NCBI GenBank assembly: GCA_043228905.1
Contig: JBHGNT010000013.1
Location: 6,944,001-7,008,000 of the forward strand
Reading direction: 5' to 3'
From: Azolla caroliniana
Taxonomy: Eukaryota; Plantae; Polypodiophyta
Length of the DNA stretch: 64,000 bases
Position 1 is the stretch's first letter, and the number at the start of each line of letters is the position of its first letter. Shown one piece after another: positions 52,084 to 64,000 of this stretch. A program made the translations under genes and the position numbers. Under the pieces are notes generated by a model, which was not told the origin of the DNA, ran no database searches, and was given only the letters and a program-made list of their open reading frames with translations.

Positions 52084-52607
52084 TGAAACCGAGTGAGACA
52101 AAAAAACCAAGGATATGCAACATTGCACATACACTTAGCAAATAAGCCTCCTAAGGCCTAGTGGCACTTGAGTTCATACAAAGGGGTGCAAGCAAGGTTT
52201 GAACCTTGCACCTCTAAGGTACAAGATAATTGCCTTACCACTAGGACAACTATCATATAGTGTAGATTTTATGTATTTATTTTTCATATATGAATTATAG
52301 ATGAAACAACCATTAGAAAACCATGTGCACAAAACCATGGTTCTAAACCCATGGTTTGTGTAGGACATAAACAAAACCGTGTGCACAAAACCATGGTTTT
52401 AGCCCATGGTTTTGTGCATGTCACAAGCATGGAAAGACCTATAAAAGCCTCTACTTGAACTTGTGTAAGGGGGGCTCAATATGTGATATCACCAACACCA
52501 TTATCATCAATATAATTATATTTGTCTTTATCTTCTTTATATTTTTCTACTTCTCAAGTGTACAATCTTTCTTCTTCTCAAGTGAACAAATTTCATCTAA
52601 TCTTACA
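52084..52607 (+). repeat. LTR-like insertion N inside K
   Basis: TATA cctataaaag near 52438, pyrimidine-rich tail ending atcttaca, flanked by a TACATTG direct repeat. Interrupts the K ORF remnant. Confidence 0.55.
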
Positions 52608-53704
52608 TTGATCGTCATCTCTTCGATAATTCTGCAAACATCCTCCCCAGTCCAAGACCCCGGTGGTCGCTCGAGTAGCACACGCACGCGCGAATCTTCG
52701 CGACAACGTCAATCGACTCATCCTCCTCTGTGATAAGTACTTGCTCGGGTGGATTTCCATCCGGTTTTGTTTCGTCCTTCTCATAAGCTTCTAACTCAAT
52801 GGCGAATTGCAGTTGATTGTCATCAAACTCTTCTGCCATCTTCCAGTTTTCTTAAGAATGTGCCTGAGCCAACACATCAAACTCGTCCATTAGGTCTTCC
52901 CACAATGTTGCAATATTCTTCCCATCCATCTTATAAAAACCCTTGTAGCTCTTTTGTCTGTTCTCTTGATCCGCCCTATACACCTACAGTTTTGCCGCTT
53001 GGGCCACCCATGCCTTCATTCCGTTTCACCATAATAACTTTTATCCTTTGGGCCCCCATTTCTGCCTTTACTACCGCCTCTTGTTTTTCCTTCTTCAATC
53101 GCTTGATTGTTGTCGTTGCTGGCTGCACCTCAATCTCATAGTTTTGAATTTGAGATTTGTAAGTCTTCACAACTCTCTCTAGGGTTTGCTTGATGGCCTC
53201 CACTATGACCTCTTTTTATGTCAACAACCGCCCTCTTTCTTCATTAGCTTTAGTTCTCAGGCGAACAATTTCTACCTCAAGCTGTGTTTTCTGATTTCAG
53301 AGGGCTTCCTCTCGCTCAGTTAACTCGGCCTGTACTTCAATTTCCTTCACAGATGGGCACCGTCTACCCGGAGCTCCTTGAATTGCTTGTACAGCTTGTC
53401 ATAGTCAGTTTGCATCTCCTCAACCGCTTTGTTTGCTAAGCCCTAGCCGCGTTAGCTCCGCATCGGCGTCCTTCCAAAATTTCCCTCTCTGTCTTCGGAA
53501 GTCTTACTTAAGCTATCAGTGTTCCTCCACTAGACACTCATTTTCCTCCTAAAGCAGTGGGTTTTCCATAGCGAGTTCAAGGTTCTCATCCTCAACCCAT
53601 CGATTGTCCTCCATCAATTCATCATGAACTTCCTTTAACTAGGTATAACTTTCCCGTCCCCACTCCTGCTCCATCTTCATCCATTGCAGCACTTCTAGAG
53701 CCAC

Positions 53705-53745
<41 letters not shown>

Positions 53746-54249
53746 ATCCATGATGGCCATTTGCACTACTAATTCTTCCCGCAACCCTTCAAGTTGCCTT
53801 TTAGTCGATTCGTCTTCGGCACGCTGGTTCTTTTGATGTCGGCTTTGCTCCTTCTTTGGCCATCATCTCTTCTTGAGCCGTTTTCGTCCTTTCCTCCATT
53901 TCTACAGTTAGTGGATCTTGGTCTTTGTTAGCTGCAGAGGTGGTTTCTTATGTCATCGCTGGCTCCTTCTCTTCTTGTCCCATCTACATCCTCCAGGTCT
54001 TCTCTCCTCACCGTGGCCTCTTTGCATCGACCTCTGCTCTACTGGCCGCGTTCTCTCTCTCTCTCAGGTGTTCTCTGCTCAATGTGTCCTATTTGCATCA
54101 ACCTCTGCTTTGCCGGCCGTGTTCCCTCTACCTTCAGGTGTTCTCTGCTCACTGTGTTATCTTTGCATTGGCATCTTTCAATGACCTGTGCTCGTTCTGT
54201 TCCCTCTACCTGGTGTGTTTGTGTTAGGGTTATGTTCTAAAGTACGCAC

Positions 54250-55302
54250 ATGATAAGGATATAATATATATAAAATAAGAAAGGAGAGAGAGAAAGAAGG
54301 GTGTCAATCCACCTGACCACCCTCAAGCGAAGGGCTCCAGACGAACTCGAGCCTCGATCGGCGTCCTATACCACCGTCGTGGCGTTGAGTCGTACTTGGT
54401 GTTGGCGCACTCGCTACACGAGTTGACCCACCACAAGAACAGAGTCTCGACGCAGTCAAGAGATGATCCAATGAGGGTAGCTAGGCCTCATATTTATAGC
54501 TAGGCCTCCTAAGGCCCCCAGGGAAGTTCACACTTGGCCTAATGGGTTGTCTCAAGCCCGAGGATTAAAAGTAATCCTCCGCTTCTTTACACTCTCGTTT
54601 AATCCTCACACTTTATCCACGTGTATAGAATACTATGGTACATTCTCACCACAGGATATTATATGGTCATGCCCGTAACATACTACCCCTCTTTAAAACA
54701 TTGCACTCTTGCAATGGAAAGTTAGGGAAGTTAGTTCTAAGAGTATTTTTGTGTTCCCATGTGGCATCTTTGATAGATTTATCCATCCATTTAATTTTCA
54801 ATTCACGGATTATTTTAGATTGCAATTTTTTTGTGTTAACATCGAGAATTCTTTTTGGTACATGTGGTTTAGAAGATAATTCTTCAAAAGTAACCAGAGT
54901 TTCAATTGTAACTGTATTGTCGCCAGAACCTAGAAGTTCTTTTAGACAATTTACGTGAAAAACTAGACGAGTTTCAATGCCATCAAGAAGAACGAGACGA
55001 TAGGCTGATGAACCAATGCATTTGAGGCCTGTAAAAGGTTCACAAAACCGCGGGGATAACTTAGCGCACTTAGCCGTACACAATGTCTTAGAATTGTGAG
55101 GTACACGTAAAAATACCTTCTGTCCAGGGTTGAATACATGAGGTTTCCTATTATGATCGCCATAAAAATGCACTCTATCTTGAGCAGTTTTAGTAATCCT
55201 CCCCTTCTTTACACTCTCGTTTAACCCTCACACTTTATCCACGTGTATAGAATACTACGGTACATTCACACCACAGGATATTATATAGTCATGCCCGTAA
55301 CA
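54250..55302 (-). mobile_element. Internally deleted chromovirus M: 110-bp 5' LTR stub, integrase tail plus chromodomain, PPT, 3' LTR
   Basis: 55193-55302 repeats 54571-54680. ORF 54667-55173 has KLSPRF, AYRL, VFHV and KW...ATWE. PPT aaagaggggtag on the minus strand. Left boundary uncertain. Confidence 0.8.
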
Positions 55303-55424
55303 ATTCGTTTGCTTGCAACCTGTGCTTTAAATGTGTTACCTCTGCAACGACTCCAATGACATATGGGAAGGTAATCCCACTTTAGGCTTACCTTCATGTT
55401 CTACTACATGTTCAATTCTGTCTG

Positions 55425-56170
55425 TTGTTGTTTAGTGTTTTGTTGTTATTGTTCGTGTTGTTCTCCCTTGATCATTTGAGAGCCTTGTACATGCATATGC
55501 TTGAATTTGAGAGTCTTGTACATGCATATGTCATTTTCTACAGGTGCTTGAATTTTGTACATGTTGACATATTGAAAGAGGGTTCTATGATGGTACAATG
55601 CAATGTTCTTGTAGGTTTTGTTATATGATCTTGTTCTTGTCTATATGTGGTTGTCCTTTTTGTTGTTCTTGTTGTTTGTGTTGTTCTCCCTTGATCATTT
55701 GAGAGCCTTGTACATGCATATGCTTGAATTTGAGAGTCTTGTACATGCATATGTCATGTTCTGCATTTGCTTGAATTTTGTACATGTTGACATATTGAAA
55801 GAGGGTTCTTGTTAAATGATCTTGTTCTTGTACTTGTTCTTGTCTATTTGTGGTTGTCTTTTTTGTTGTTCGTGTGGTTCTTATTGTCCTTATTGTTCTT
55901 GTTTTCCTACCTGATTTAGTACTGTTATGATGCATGTATATGTTGTGTATCGGGAGTTAACATTATGTTTCATGTTCGACATTTCCTTGAATTTTGTACA
56001 TGTTGACATATGGAAAGAGGGTGCGTTGTTGGAGTTCCTGGTGTTAAATGTTATTGTGATGAAGTTAAATTGTTGTTGTTTTATTTGTTGTTGATGTTTG
56101 TGTTTTCCTCCTATGTGCATTTTCAAGATAGTCTTGTACATGCTTGAATCTTGTTGTTGAGCCAACTTGT
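55425..56170. repeat. Tandem duplications of about 223 bp, GT-rich
   Basis: ttctcccttgatcatttgagagccttgtacatg at 55461 and 55684, with further partial copies. Confidence 0.8.
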
Positions 56171-57654
56171 AATATGTTTAGGGTTGCTATGTCTAACTGT
56201 TGTTCTTATTATACCTGATTTACTGTTATGATGAAAAATGACAATTGTGCATAATTTATTGTTATTTACTATTGTTGTGCATGTGAGGTGAAGAAGAGAT
56301 ACATGACTCACATGACAAGGAAGATACCCACGAAGAAGAAAATGGTCAAAGAAAAAGTCAACACACCATGCAAGGAAAGAAAAATGACCCCCATCAAAGA
56401 AAGTAAGATGACCCCCACCAGAGGGAGGTCGAAGTTTTCAACAACTTAGGGCAAGAAGATGTACACAAACATCCTTCGAGGTACAAAATTTGGATGGGGG
56501 TATTTCCTTCATGCACGACCTGACACTTATGAAGATCTAGACATGTGGATGATGAAAACTTGGGGCTCAACACAACCCGAGACAATGAGAGGTTTCCACG
56601 TCACTCAATTGAAGAAGGATTATATCACTGAACTAAAAAGTTTATGATACGAAACATGTCCTAAACAATGAGGTAGGATCTGTTTTTGCACGCATTTGCA
56701 TGTGAACTCCATGGTGGCATTGAAGTTGATTGGGAAGATTTTGCTCATCATCGATCATCACATTGTAGAGGGTCCTCAAGTACCAACACTACTATGAAGT
56801 CTGAGGGTACCTCTCATATTGAAATCCCAACTAGGGCATCTATGTTGACTCAATAGATTGCAAAACAAAGAGCCACATTGACAGAAAAGCATGAAGAGAA
56901 ATTGTTGCATTGCATAGCTTCCATGCAAACAAGAACGCAAGCACTGCATGGTGATTTGGAAGAAGTTTCATCTGGTGAGATGGTGGCAGAGAAACAATTC
57001 ACATCTATGTTGAATACATACGAATACGAATGGATTGCATCAACAATACAAAATTCTGAAAGCGATGTGTTGAAAGAGGAGTTGAAGGAGTTGACAAATA
57101 TGGGTACTCAATTGGGAGCATAGAAGAAAGATCTAGAGACTTGGAGGTCTTCTCGTTCTGAAATTGATGATAAGTTATCAACCTTAAAGCTGATATGTTT
57201 GATGAAGGGTCTAAAAGAGAAAGGTTTAGATACTCTGTGTCCAAGCATAGTTGAGCACGCCGCTCGCATGGAAAGTACCATTACAAGTATTACTATATCA
57301 TGGTAATGGTTTATATTTTTCCTTTTCGACCTTCTATGGTATAAATATCATCGGTGCTAATATAGTGTATGTTGTGTCTCGTTACTGAAGGTGTGTATTC
57401 TGTGGCCTTGGATTCAAGCTTGAGGCTATGGATGTTATCATTACACCATGCTTGCACACATATCATTTGTTATGTGCTACGTACCATTTTGAGAAAGAAA
57501 ATACATGTTTGGACTGTAAAAGTACAGTTGGAGCCGAATGGTACTTAGCTTGGGGTTTGAAAGTACACTCCTATGGTATGTGATTAAGCTATTATGTAAT
57601 TTTTATACTATTATTTTATAATTGTGCATTTGGTTCTGTTCTTATACCAATGAG

Positions 57655-58340
57655 TATTGTTCCCTCAAGATCCTTTTTTCATGATTCAGTAGTAACATTA
57701 CTGATTACATTGTATTCCTTGGTGGTCGATTGATTTAGTGCTAAAGGTCTTAAATGTTTAGTTGTATAACTTGTATTAGTACTAACATTGTTCATTACAT
57801 TGTACTTTTTGTGTCCACTTGACTTAGGCTCTGGATGAACAAACAAATAGGCATGAAGGTCTTGGTTGTTTAGTACTAACATTGTTCATTACCACATGAA
57901 ATATGCATGTCCAGGTGGTTTAGTACTGTTCCCTCAAGTTCCTTTTTTGAGGATTCAGTACTAACATTATTGATTACATTGTATTCCTCGGTGATAAGTT
58001 GATTCAGTACTGATTATTTAGTACTGAAGGTCTTAAATGTTTAGTTGTATAACTTCTATTAGTACTAACATTGTTCATTACATTGTATGTTTGTGTCCAC
58101 TTGACTTAGACTCTGGATGAACAAATAAATAGGCATGAAGGTCTTGGCTGTTTAGTACTAGCATTGTTCATTACCACATGAAATATCGACTACATGTCTA
58201 GATGGTTCAGTATTGTGCCCTCAAGTTCTTTTTTTTGTTGATTTTGTACTAACATTACTGATTACAATGTATTCCTTCGTGATCAATTTACTTAGTACTG
58301 AAGGTCTTAAATGTGCACTTGATTCAGTACTGATAATATT
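57655..58340. repeat. Tandem duplications of about 270-290 bp
   Basis: ta[t/c]tgt[t/g]ccctcaag at 57655, 57924 and 58211. Confidence 0.8.
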
Positions 58341-59299
58341 TGTAACATTGGACTCATGTTATAATATGTACTCTTATAATATGAATGTTGTAGTATCAAG
58401 AAACACCACACTAAGGAAGGTAATTGACCAACCAACCCCCACGCTACTACGTACGGAGTCTACTACAAATTCCAAAGTCCACGATTGTTCCTTAGTGATA
58501 ACTGATAAAATTTATAATGAAGATGAATGTATGAGAAGGGCAATTGGAACAGTTGACGATGTGTTGCTTCCAACAAATTCTCCTAGCTCGGCTCACCCTA
58601 ACTGTGTGAATGGTAATACTAATTGTGTGTGAACTTCTAATATCTAAAATGTTGGTATACTTCTAATTTCTTATGTTTCTATCAAAGAGCCTACGAAGAA
58701 GCGTAATGTTGCAAGGAAATTGTATGGAAAGGGGAAGAAATGCAGAGTTGATTGTAATGGTGGGTCATACAAATTCTCACAAACTTTGAGAGTTGTAAAG
58801 CTAAACACCGGGTCATTTGAAACAGGTAATATGTCGCAATTTAAGAACTATCCGTCCAAAAAAGACACAAAGTAGGTCATTTCACTAAAAGGACCATCGC
58901 ATGCATAAAGGTTTTTGGAAATTGAATCAAAATATATTGATTTATACCATGTCCCAAAATTTAGGGCTTTCAAAAAAATGCCTAAATAATCGACATGTGA
59001 AATTTACAAGAGAACGTACAAAAATTACAAAATGACTAACACCTATATTTATACATATTTGTGAGTCGCCATATTGATGTACCATACAATATTTACATTT
59101 CATATATGAGAACCATCACTTCTTAGAGATACGCCTTCCCCTTCAGACCCACCCGATGAACTAGAAGAGCTTTGTGAGGTCTCATCCTCATCATCACTAG
59201 CAACCAATGCATTGTCTTCATCCAATTGCAATCCAACGTCACCGTGATTATGAGACATACTCCTTGTTCATCTCTGTGTTGCGTCAATAGGCACATCTA

Positions 59300-60782
59300 G
59301 GATCTTCTCTTTTATTATCTTGATCGTCTTAGATGACCTGTTTTGGTCAAGAAGTCATACACGAGTATGTCAACATTATCAAGTGTGCGCGTAGACGTGC
59401 TGGGTAGATTGTTTCTTCTCAGCTTTCTGCTTGTGCCTCCGACATCCTTAACCATCTATAAAGAGTACTTCCCAATAAATGCATCTTTGGAAGAGGTATG
59501 ATACCAATGAACCACAATGGATTGAACTTGATTGCCTTCATCATCTTTAATAATTTCAATGATTTTTGCAATCCAAAAGGGCTGAACCAACTTATCACCC
59601 CTAGGTAACGTTCCAACCAACATACCAACTTGTAGCTCATGTAGATTGCCTTGCCATCTCGCCTCTGTAGCGTGCGATAATCTTGGTCCCACGTAAATAT
59701 CTCTTTGTCGTGGACGAACTAGATTATTCAATTCAAGATTATCTAGTGGTTGTAAACGAGCCGTGCTCGCCATTGATGGGTCACCAGTATTCCATTCAAA
59801 TTGATTTTGTAGTGGCCAACAACCCACAAAGTGGTTATCTAATATCGTATGTTGATTATTAAAGAAGTTATCCCACCATTCCACATCCTGATCACCAACA
59901 TACATTTTGGTTCGCTCAATATTTTTGTGTTTTTCCTCAAGGCACCACATCCAATATATCTTTTTCTCTTCAATCGAACTACGAATAGCCAATCTTTCGT
60001 GGTCGTCAGAGGGCATTTGTTCTGCGCCATAGATTACTGCATCTAGAAAATACAATAAGAGCCTACATCCGTCTTTGTGGTTCCCATTACGAACTAGATG
60101 AGTATTGTTTGGCCTACAATATCGGTTGGTTGTGACCGACCACACTTTTTTGGATGTGGAAGACGTGTTTAAAACTTATATTATTAAGCTTAGCAAGAAC
60201 CCTACATTGAATCCCATCACCATCCACACAGAAGCGTTTAAAATCATAAACTTCATCTAAATGTTGTACATCTGGATTTGGAGTATAAGCTTCAGTGATC
60301 AACTTTGACATCATAGGAAGTGTGAAAGCATCACATCTCGCTAATTTCTTGGAGAACCTACTAAACATTTGATCTATGTGATCATGTGTCTGACCAACTA
60401 GTAAGAAGTTTACCTTAATCTTTTTGAAAATATCCTTGTCTACTAACATGCTTAAATAACCAAACACAGTCGAGTTCTTGTTTTCTCTCGCCGTGTTGTC
60501 TAGTTGCACGTATAGTACCGACGGGAGAATATCTTGCCAAGTCTACAAAACTCTTTGCATGACTGTTACTGTAAGATTAGGGTCATTGTGTATATTTGGA
60601 TAAGTTAGGAACACTTGAGGCCTTGTTGTCTGACAATATAGAAGACAACCTACTAAGTGGATCTGCACTAGGCATTCATCTCCAATATCCTTGGGCAACC
60701 TTGGAAAGTGAGACAAACAAGTTTTCTTCTGATCCATCCCATCTATAATCAAGCACCTAAACCTTTCCGGTGATTGAAGCGC
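59300..60782 (-). pseudogene. Sola1-like DDD transposase, degenerate, 5' part cut off by gypsy L
   Basis: IIDGMDQKK...LYVQLDNTARENKN...VNFLLVGQTHDHIDQMFS, matching the recalled DGMDQ/LDN-ENKN/GHTHED motif set. Confidence 0.65.
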
Positions 60783-63700
60783 TGTCGTGCCCTTCGGCTC
60801 CGGATCGTTGCGTGAGTCGGGTGGGAACCGCCGAGGTTTTTGACTAGGAGGAAGAGGAATACAACTTAAGGCTAGATATGAATAGTGGAAAGAGAAGTAA
60901 GATAGCAATCTCGTGAATCCCACGAGTTTAGTGTAATTAAAACGATATTTAGATTATAAGAGCAATTAGATGGCAAAATTCGTGAATCCCACGAATATAT
61001 TAGATTGATCCCACCTTGTATATTAATCAACAACCATATACATATTTTTCTCCTCCTTATATAAAGATGGAAGAGGCTAAGCATGGCTTCATGCTTTTTC
61101 ACCTAAAGTGCCCATGCACACTAAATGTGCATGTGATGTTTTGTCATTTCCTAAATATAGGGCTCGTGCACGCTAGATGTGCATGAGTCACTTTTAATGT
61201 CACGTGTAAATAAAATATTCACACTCTAAAGAATACATGATTTTTACCTTTTAATAAAGGTATGTGTAAATAAAGGTCTTATATGTATTAAATCTATATT
61301 TATAACACTAAAGATAAGTTATTACAATGGTAAAGTTGGGGTTTATCTACGTGGAGGTGCATGGTTTGAATCTTGCCCTATGCAGGTGATAAATTCTTTT
61401 GATATATTATTTATTTATTTATATGTATCTAAATTCGGATATATTATTTTATGGTTTTCACGTAGTGTGTGGAATACACTACGACACTCGCTCCCTCCGA
61501 ACCCGCACATCCTCCGGTATGTGCCAAAGTTCTCGATTCCCCATATCCTCCGTCTTCACCCAAAGCTTCCTCCGATTCTCCCCTTATGTCGACTATGAGT
61601 TGTAATTCACGTTCTTCGCTTCCCGCATCCCCGTGGTCTTCGTCTGATTGCTCCTTGTAGTCGGCCTTGGCTTGGATCACATAGGGTTTGTCGTCGGTCC
61701 GCTTCTTGAAAATCTTCACCCGCTTCCCGGCTATAGGCACTCGTAGTATTGTTCCATCCAACTCAGACAGTCGGTACGTTCCGTTGTCGAAGACTTTCCG
61801 AACCTCGTATGGCCCGAACCACCTTTTCGCGAATTTCCGCATCGTTGTATGTTGATGGTCCAAACTACTGTCATAGACGATCACCCAGTCTCCTTCTTCA
61901 ATCCTCCTCGGTCGTAGTCGGTGCTTTGTGTCGAACCGGCTTTTGTTCCTTAATCGTGCTTCTTGTTGTCGGCGTATTGCTTCCGCTATGTCTGCCGGTC
62001 TTCCCTCTAGTTGTCGTATCCGGACCGCTAGTAGTTCTTCCCGGCTCATCTCTTCCTTCCACGGTAGCACTGTCCATGTTGCGATCGCGGTTTCCGTCGA
62101 CATTACCGGTGCTTGTCCGGTCATGAGTTCTGCCGGCATGTAACCGGTTATGGAGCTATGCGTCGTCCGATCCGCCCATAGTGCATACGGAAGCATCTGC
62201 GGCCAGTCCTTCACCTTTCCATCGCATGCCTTCGCAAGTGCTTTTACGATCGGACTATGTCCTCGTTCGATTTTCCCGTTGGCCTCCGGATTGTATGCCG
62301 TTGTCAGCGATAACCGATCTCCGTGTTTGGCGAAGAATCCCCTAGCTTTGTCCGAGTCGAGTTCTCCCCGGTCTGCAATCACTTGTCCTACACACCCGTA
62401 CCTGCAAAATACTTCCTCCAAAAGAAATTGGCATACCGCGGAACACGTTTTCCTCTGAAGCGCTCGACCTTCTACTTGATTCGTGAGATCTTCTCGAGCT
62501 AATACCAAGTATTTCTTTTGTCCGATCCCGGTCGGCATGGCCACTATGTCGACCATCCACTTGAAGTTGATTGTCGGTGAGAATGTCGGATGTAACTCAT
62601 CTCGATGTTGAACCCCGGAGTAGACTTGACATTTCTCGCAGCTTTCCGTAAACTCCGCGATATCTTTGTACATTTTCTTCCACCAATATTTTTGTTTGAT
62701 CTTCACAAATGTTGCCCATGTTCCTCGGTGTCCAGCCCAATCGGATTCGTGAAACTCGGACATTATCCGGTTTCGTTGCTCTTTTGTCCCGACTACTCGA
62801 AGTGGTATACCATCCGGTCTTTTCGGCGCCCTCCATATTAATCCGTTTTCCAAGAAGAACTTTTGGACTTGCCTCTTCTTCCTTCGGATCTCGGCTCTTC
62901 TTCCTTTATCGTTTGTCGAGTCCTCGGCCTCTTGTAACATCTTCCCGATCATCAAACTTTCTCCCTCATATTCTTCTTCCCGAAATTCTCGGATTACGTT
63001 CACTCGGCATATGTGCTCCGACGCGAAGTAGTCTTCGAAAACTTCTTCATTATCCGATTCGGTTATGTCGTCTCCGAACCGAGCCCTTGATAACATATCC
63101 GCTACCGCGTTTTCCTTCCCCGAGATGTGTCGAACCTCCGGATTAAGCGACTTGACATATGCAACCCACCTTAGCATAGCTACATCTGGTATCGTACAAC
63201 ACCGCATCATCCCGAGTATCGGAAGACAATCCGTCTCGATCACCACTTCGGCTCCGATCAAATAATCCCGATCCGATTTTATCGCCGACACGACTCCCCA
63301 CAGTTCTCTTTTGACTTGTGCATATCCATGTTGCCTTTCGTTGAGAACCTTTGCTCCGAATCGGATCGGATACCGCGAACCATCCGAGTCGGCTTGACTG
63401 ATGACCCACCCGATACCGGTTGGACTTGTATCAACCGTTACTATGATCGGTCGGTCGTAGCTCGGCTTCTTAAGTGCTTCCGCCCTCCGAAGTGTCTTCT
63501 TCAATTTCTTCATGGCTTTGGTGTGTTCCGGTTTCCATTCGAATTTCTTACCTTTCCGCAACAAGTGGTAGAGCGGGTCCGCTATATGTGCATAGTGCGG
63601 AATCCATATGTGATAGAATGCACATGCACCGAGAAACCTTCGGACTTCGGATGTTGACTCGCATACTTCCTCCATAGCTTGAATCGCATCGATCTTTGTT

Positions 63701-64000
63701 GGTGACGGTCTTCGGCCGTAGGGCCCACATAGATGTCCGACCACCAATATTTCTTCTTGCCCGAATGCCGATTTCTCCCCGGAAAGTGTTAGGTGCACAT
63801 CTTCTAGCTTTCGCAACACTTTCTCGCATGCATGAATATGGTCGACCACGAACTTTCGGCATCCTCGATCATCCATAGTCTCATCTTTTTCTTCGACCGC
63901 GCATCCTTTCATCGGAATGTCATCGAGGAACGGCATCGTTATCTCCGGAATGCAGTCTCGAAGCACCTTGTTCATCGCGTTCATCATATGAGCAACCGAG
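60783..64000 (-). mobile_element. Ty3/gypsy element L, 3' part (3' LTR 60783-61486, PPT 61487-61498)
   Basis: LTR termini TGTCGT...ACGACA. PPT ggagggagcgag on the minus strand. Confidence 0.88.
61444..64000 (-). CDS. Gypsy pol (RT C-terminus, RNase H, integrase), open for at least 847 aa and running off the window
   Basis: PFLDD, TVDTSPTGIG, KRELWG, ETDC, H..H/C..C zinc finger, WMVD/ADRGE/ANGKIERGH, WFGPY. Confidence 0.92.
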   Translation of the reverse strand, partial: SVAHMMNAMNKVLRDCIPEITMPFLDDIPMKGCAVEEKDETMDDRGCRKFVVDHIHACEKVLRKLEDVHLTLSGEKSAFGQEEILVVGHLCGPYGRRPSPTKIDAIQAMEEVCESTSEVRRFLGACAFYHIWIPHYAHIADPLYHLLRKGKKFEWKPEHTKAMKKLKKTLRRAEALKKPSYDRPIIVTVDTSPTGIGWVISQADSDGSRYPIRFGAKVLNERQHGYAQVKRELWGVVSAIKSDRDYLIGAEVVIETDCLPILGMMRCCTIPDVAMLRWVAYVKSLNPEVRHISGKENAVADMLSRARFGDDITESDNEEVFEDYFASEHICRVNVIREFREEEYEGESLMIGKMLQEAEDSTNDKGRRAEIRRKKRQVQKFFLENGLIWRAPKRPDGIPLRVVGTKEQRNRIMSEFHESDWAGHRGTWATFVKIKQKYWWKKMYKDIAEFTESCEKCQVYSGVQHRDELHPTFSPTINFKWMVDIVAMPTGIGQKKYLVLAREDLTNQVEGRALQRKTCSAVCQFLLEEVFCRYGCVGQVIADRGELDSDKARGFFAKHGDRLSLTTAYNPEANGKIERGHSPIVKALAKACDGKVKDWPQMLPYALWADRTTHSSITGYMPAELMTGQAPVMSTETAIATWTVLPWKEEMSREELLAVRIRQLEGRPADIAEAIRRQQEARLRNKSRFDTKHRLRPRRIEEGDWVIVYDSSLDHQHTTMRKFAKRWFGPYEVRKVFDNGTYRLSELDGTILRVPIAGKRVKIFKKRTDDKPYVIQAKADYKEQSDEDHGDAGSEERELQLIVDIRGESEEALGEDGGYGESRTLAHTGGCAGSEGASVVVYSTHYVKTIK

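Larger units (their letters stand above)
51387..54230 (-). mobile_element. 3' remnant of a third B/E-lineage gypsy element K (LTR 51387-51694, tRNA-like motif, ORF-X remnant)
   Basis: Minus-strand LTR tgttaccc...gctaaca with cctataaaaag. Motif at 51697-51738. Coiled-coil ORF remnants end PSMTQILEEN* (stop 51747-51749). Right boundary approximate. Confidence 0.75.

Overview
This is plant nuclear DNA. The TE lineages suggest a non-seed plant such as a fern, which is an inference. The window holds one intact host gene, a roughly 23-exon CLU/TPR REC/TSS-like gene on the minus strand (38447-46857), set in a dense field of nested LTR retrotransposons whose ends were resolved by LTR pairs and 5-bp TSDs. 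Left nest: chromovirus A contains non-chromovirus Ty3/gypsy B (625-16036, TSD AATTT), which contains an intact young Tork/Tto1-like copia C (7625-13112, TSD CTGAA). Middle nest: decayed copia F (19125-34838) contains gypsy E (22239-32660, TSD ATTGT), which contains copia solo-LTR D (30288-30982, TSD AACGG). Right of the gene lie further copia/gypsy fragments and a Sola1-like DDD transposase interrupted by gypsy L, whose pol is intact. Main discovery candidate: three related gypsy elements with dissimilar LTRs (B, E and a minus-strand remnant K) have no polypurine tract. Exactly 2 nt before the 3' LTR each carries a conserved 42-nt sense-strand copy of a tRNA-Arg 3' half ending in CCA and split by a 13-nt insert. 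This suggests both cDNA strands are tRNA-primed. The same three elements share a large extra 3' ORF. Separately, three unrelated LTRs carry antisense tRNA-like A/B-box modules in U3. tRNA identities and lineage names come from recalled family knowledge, not database searches, and LTR mismatch counts are manual estimates.
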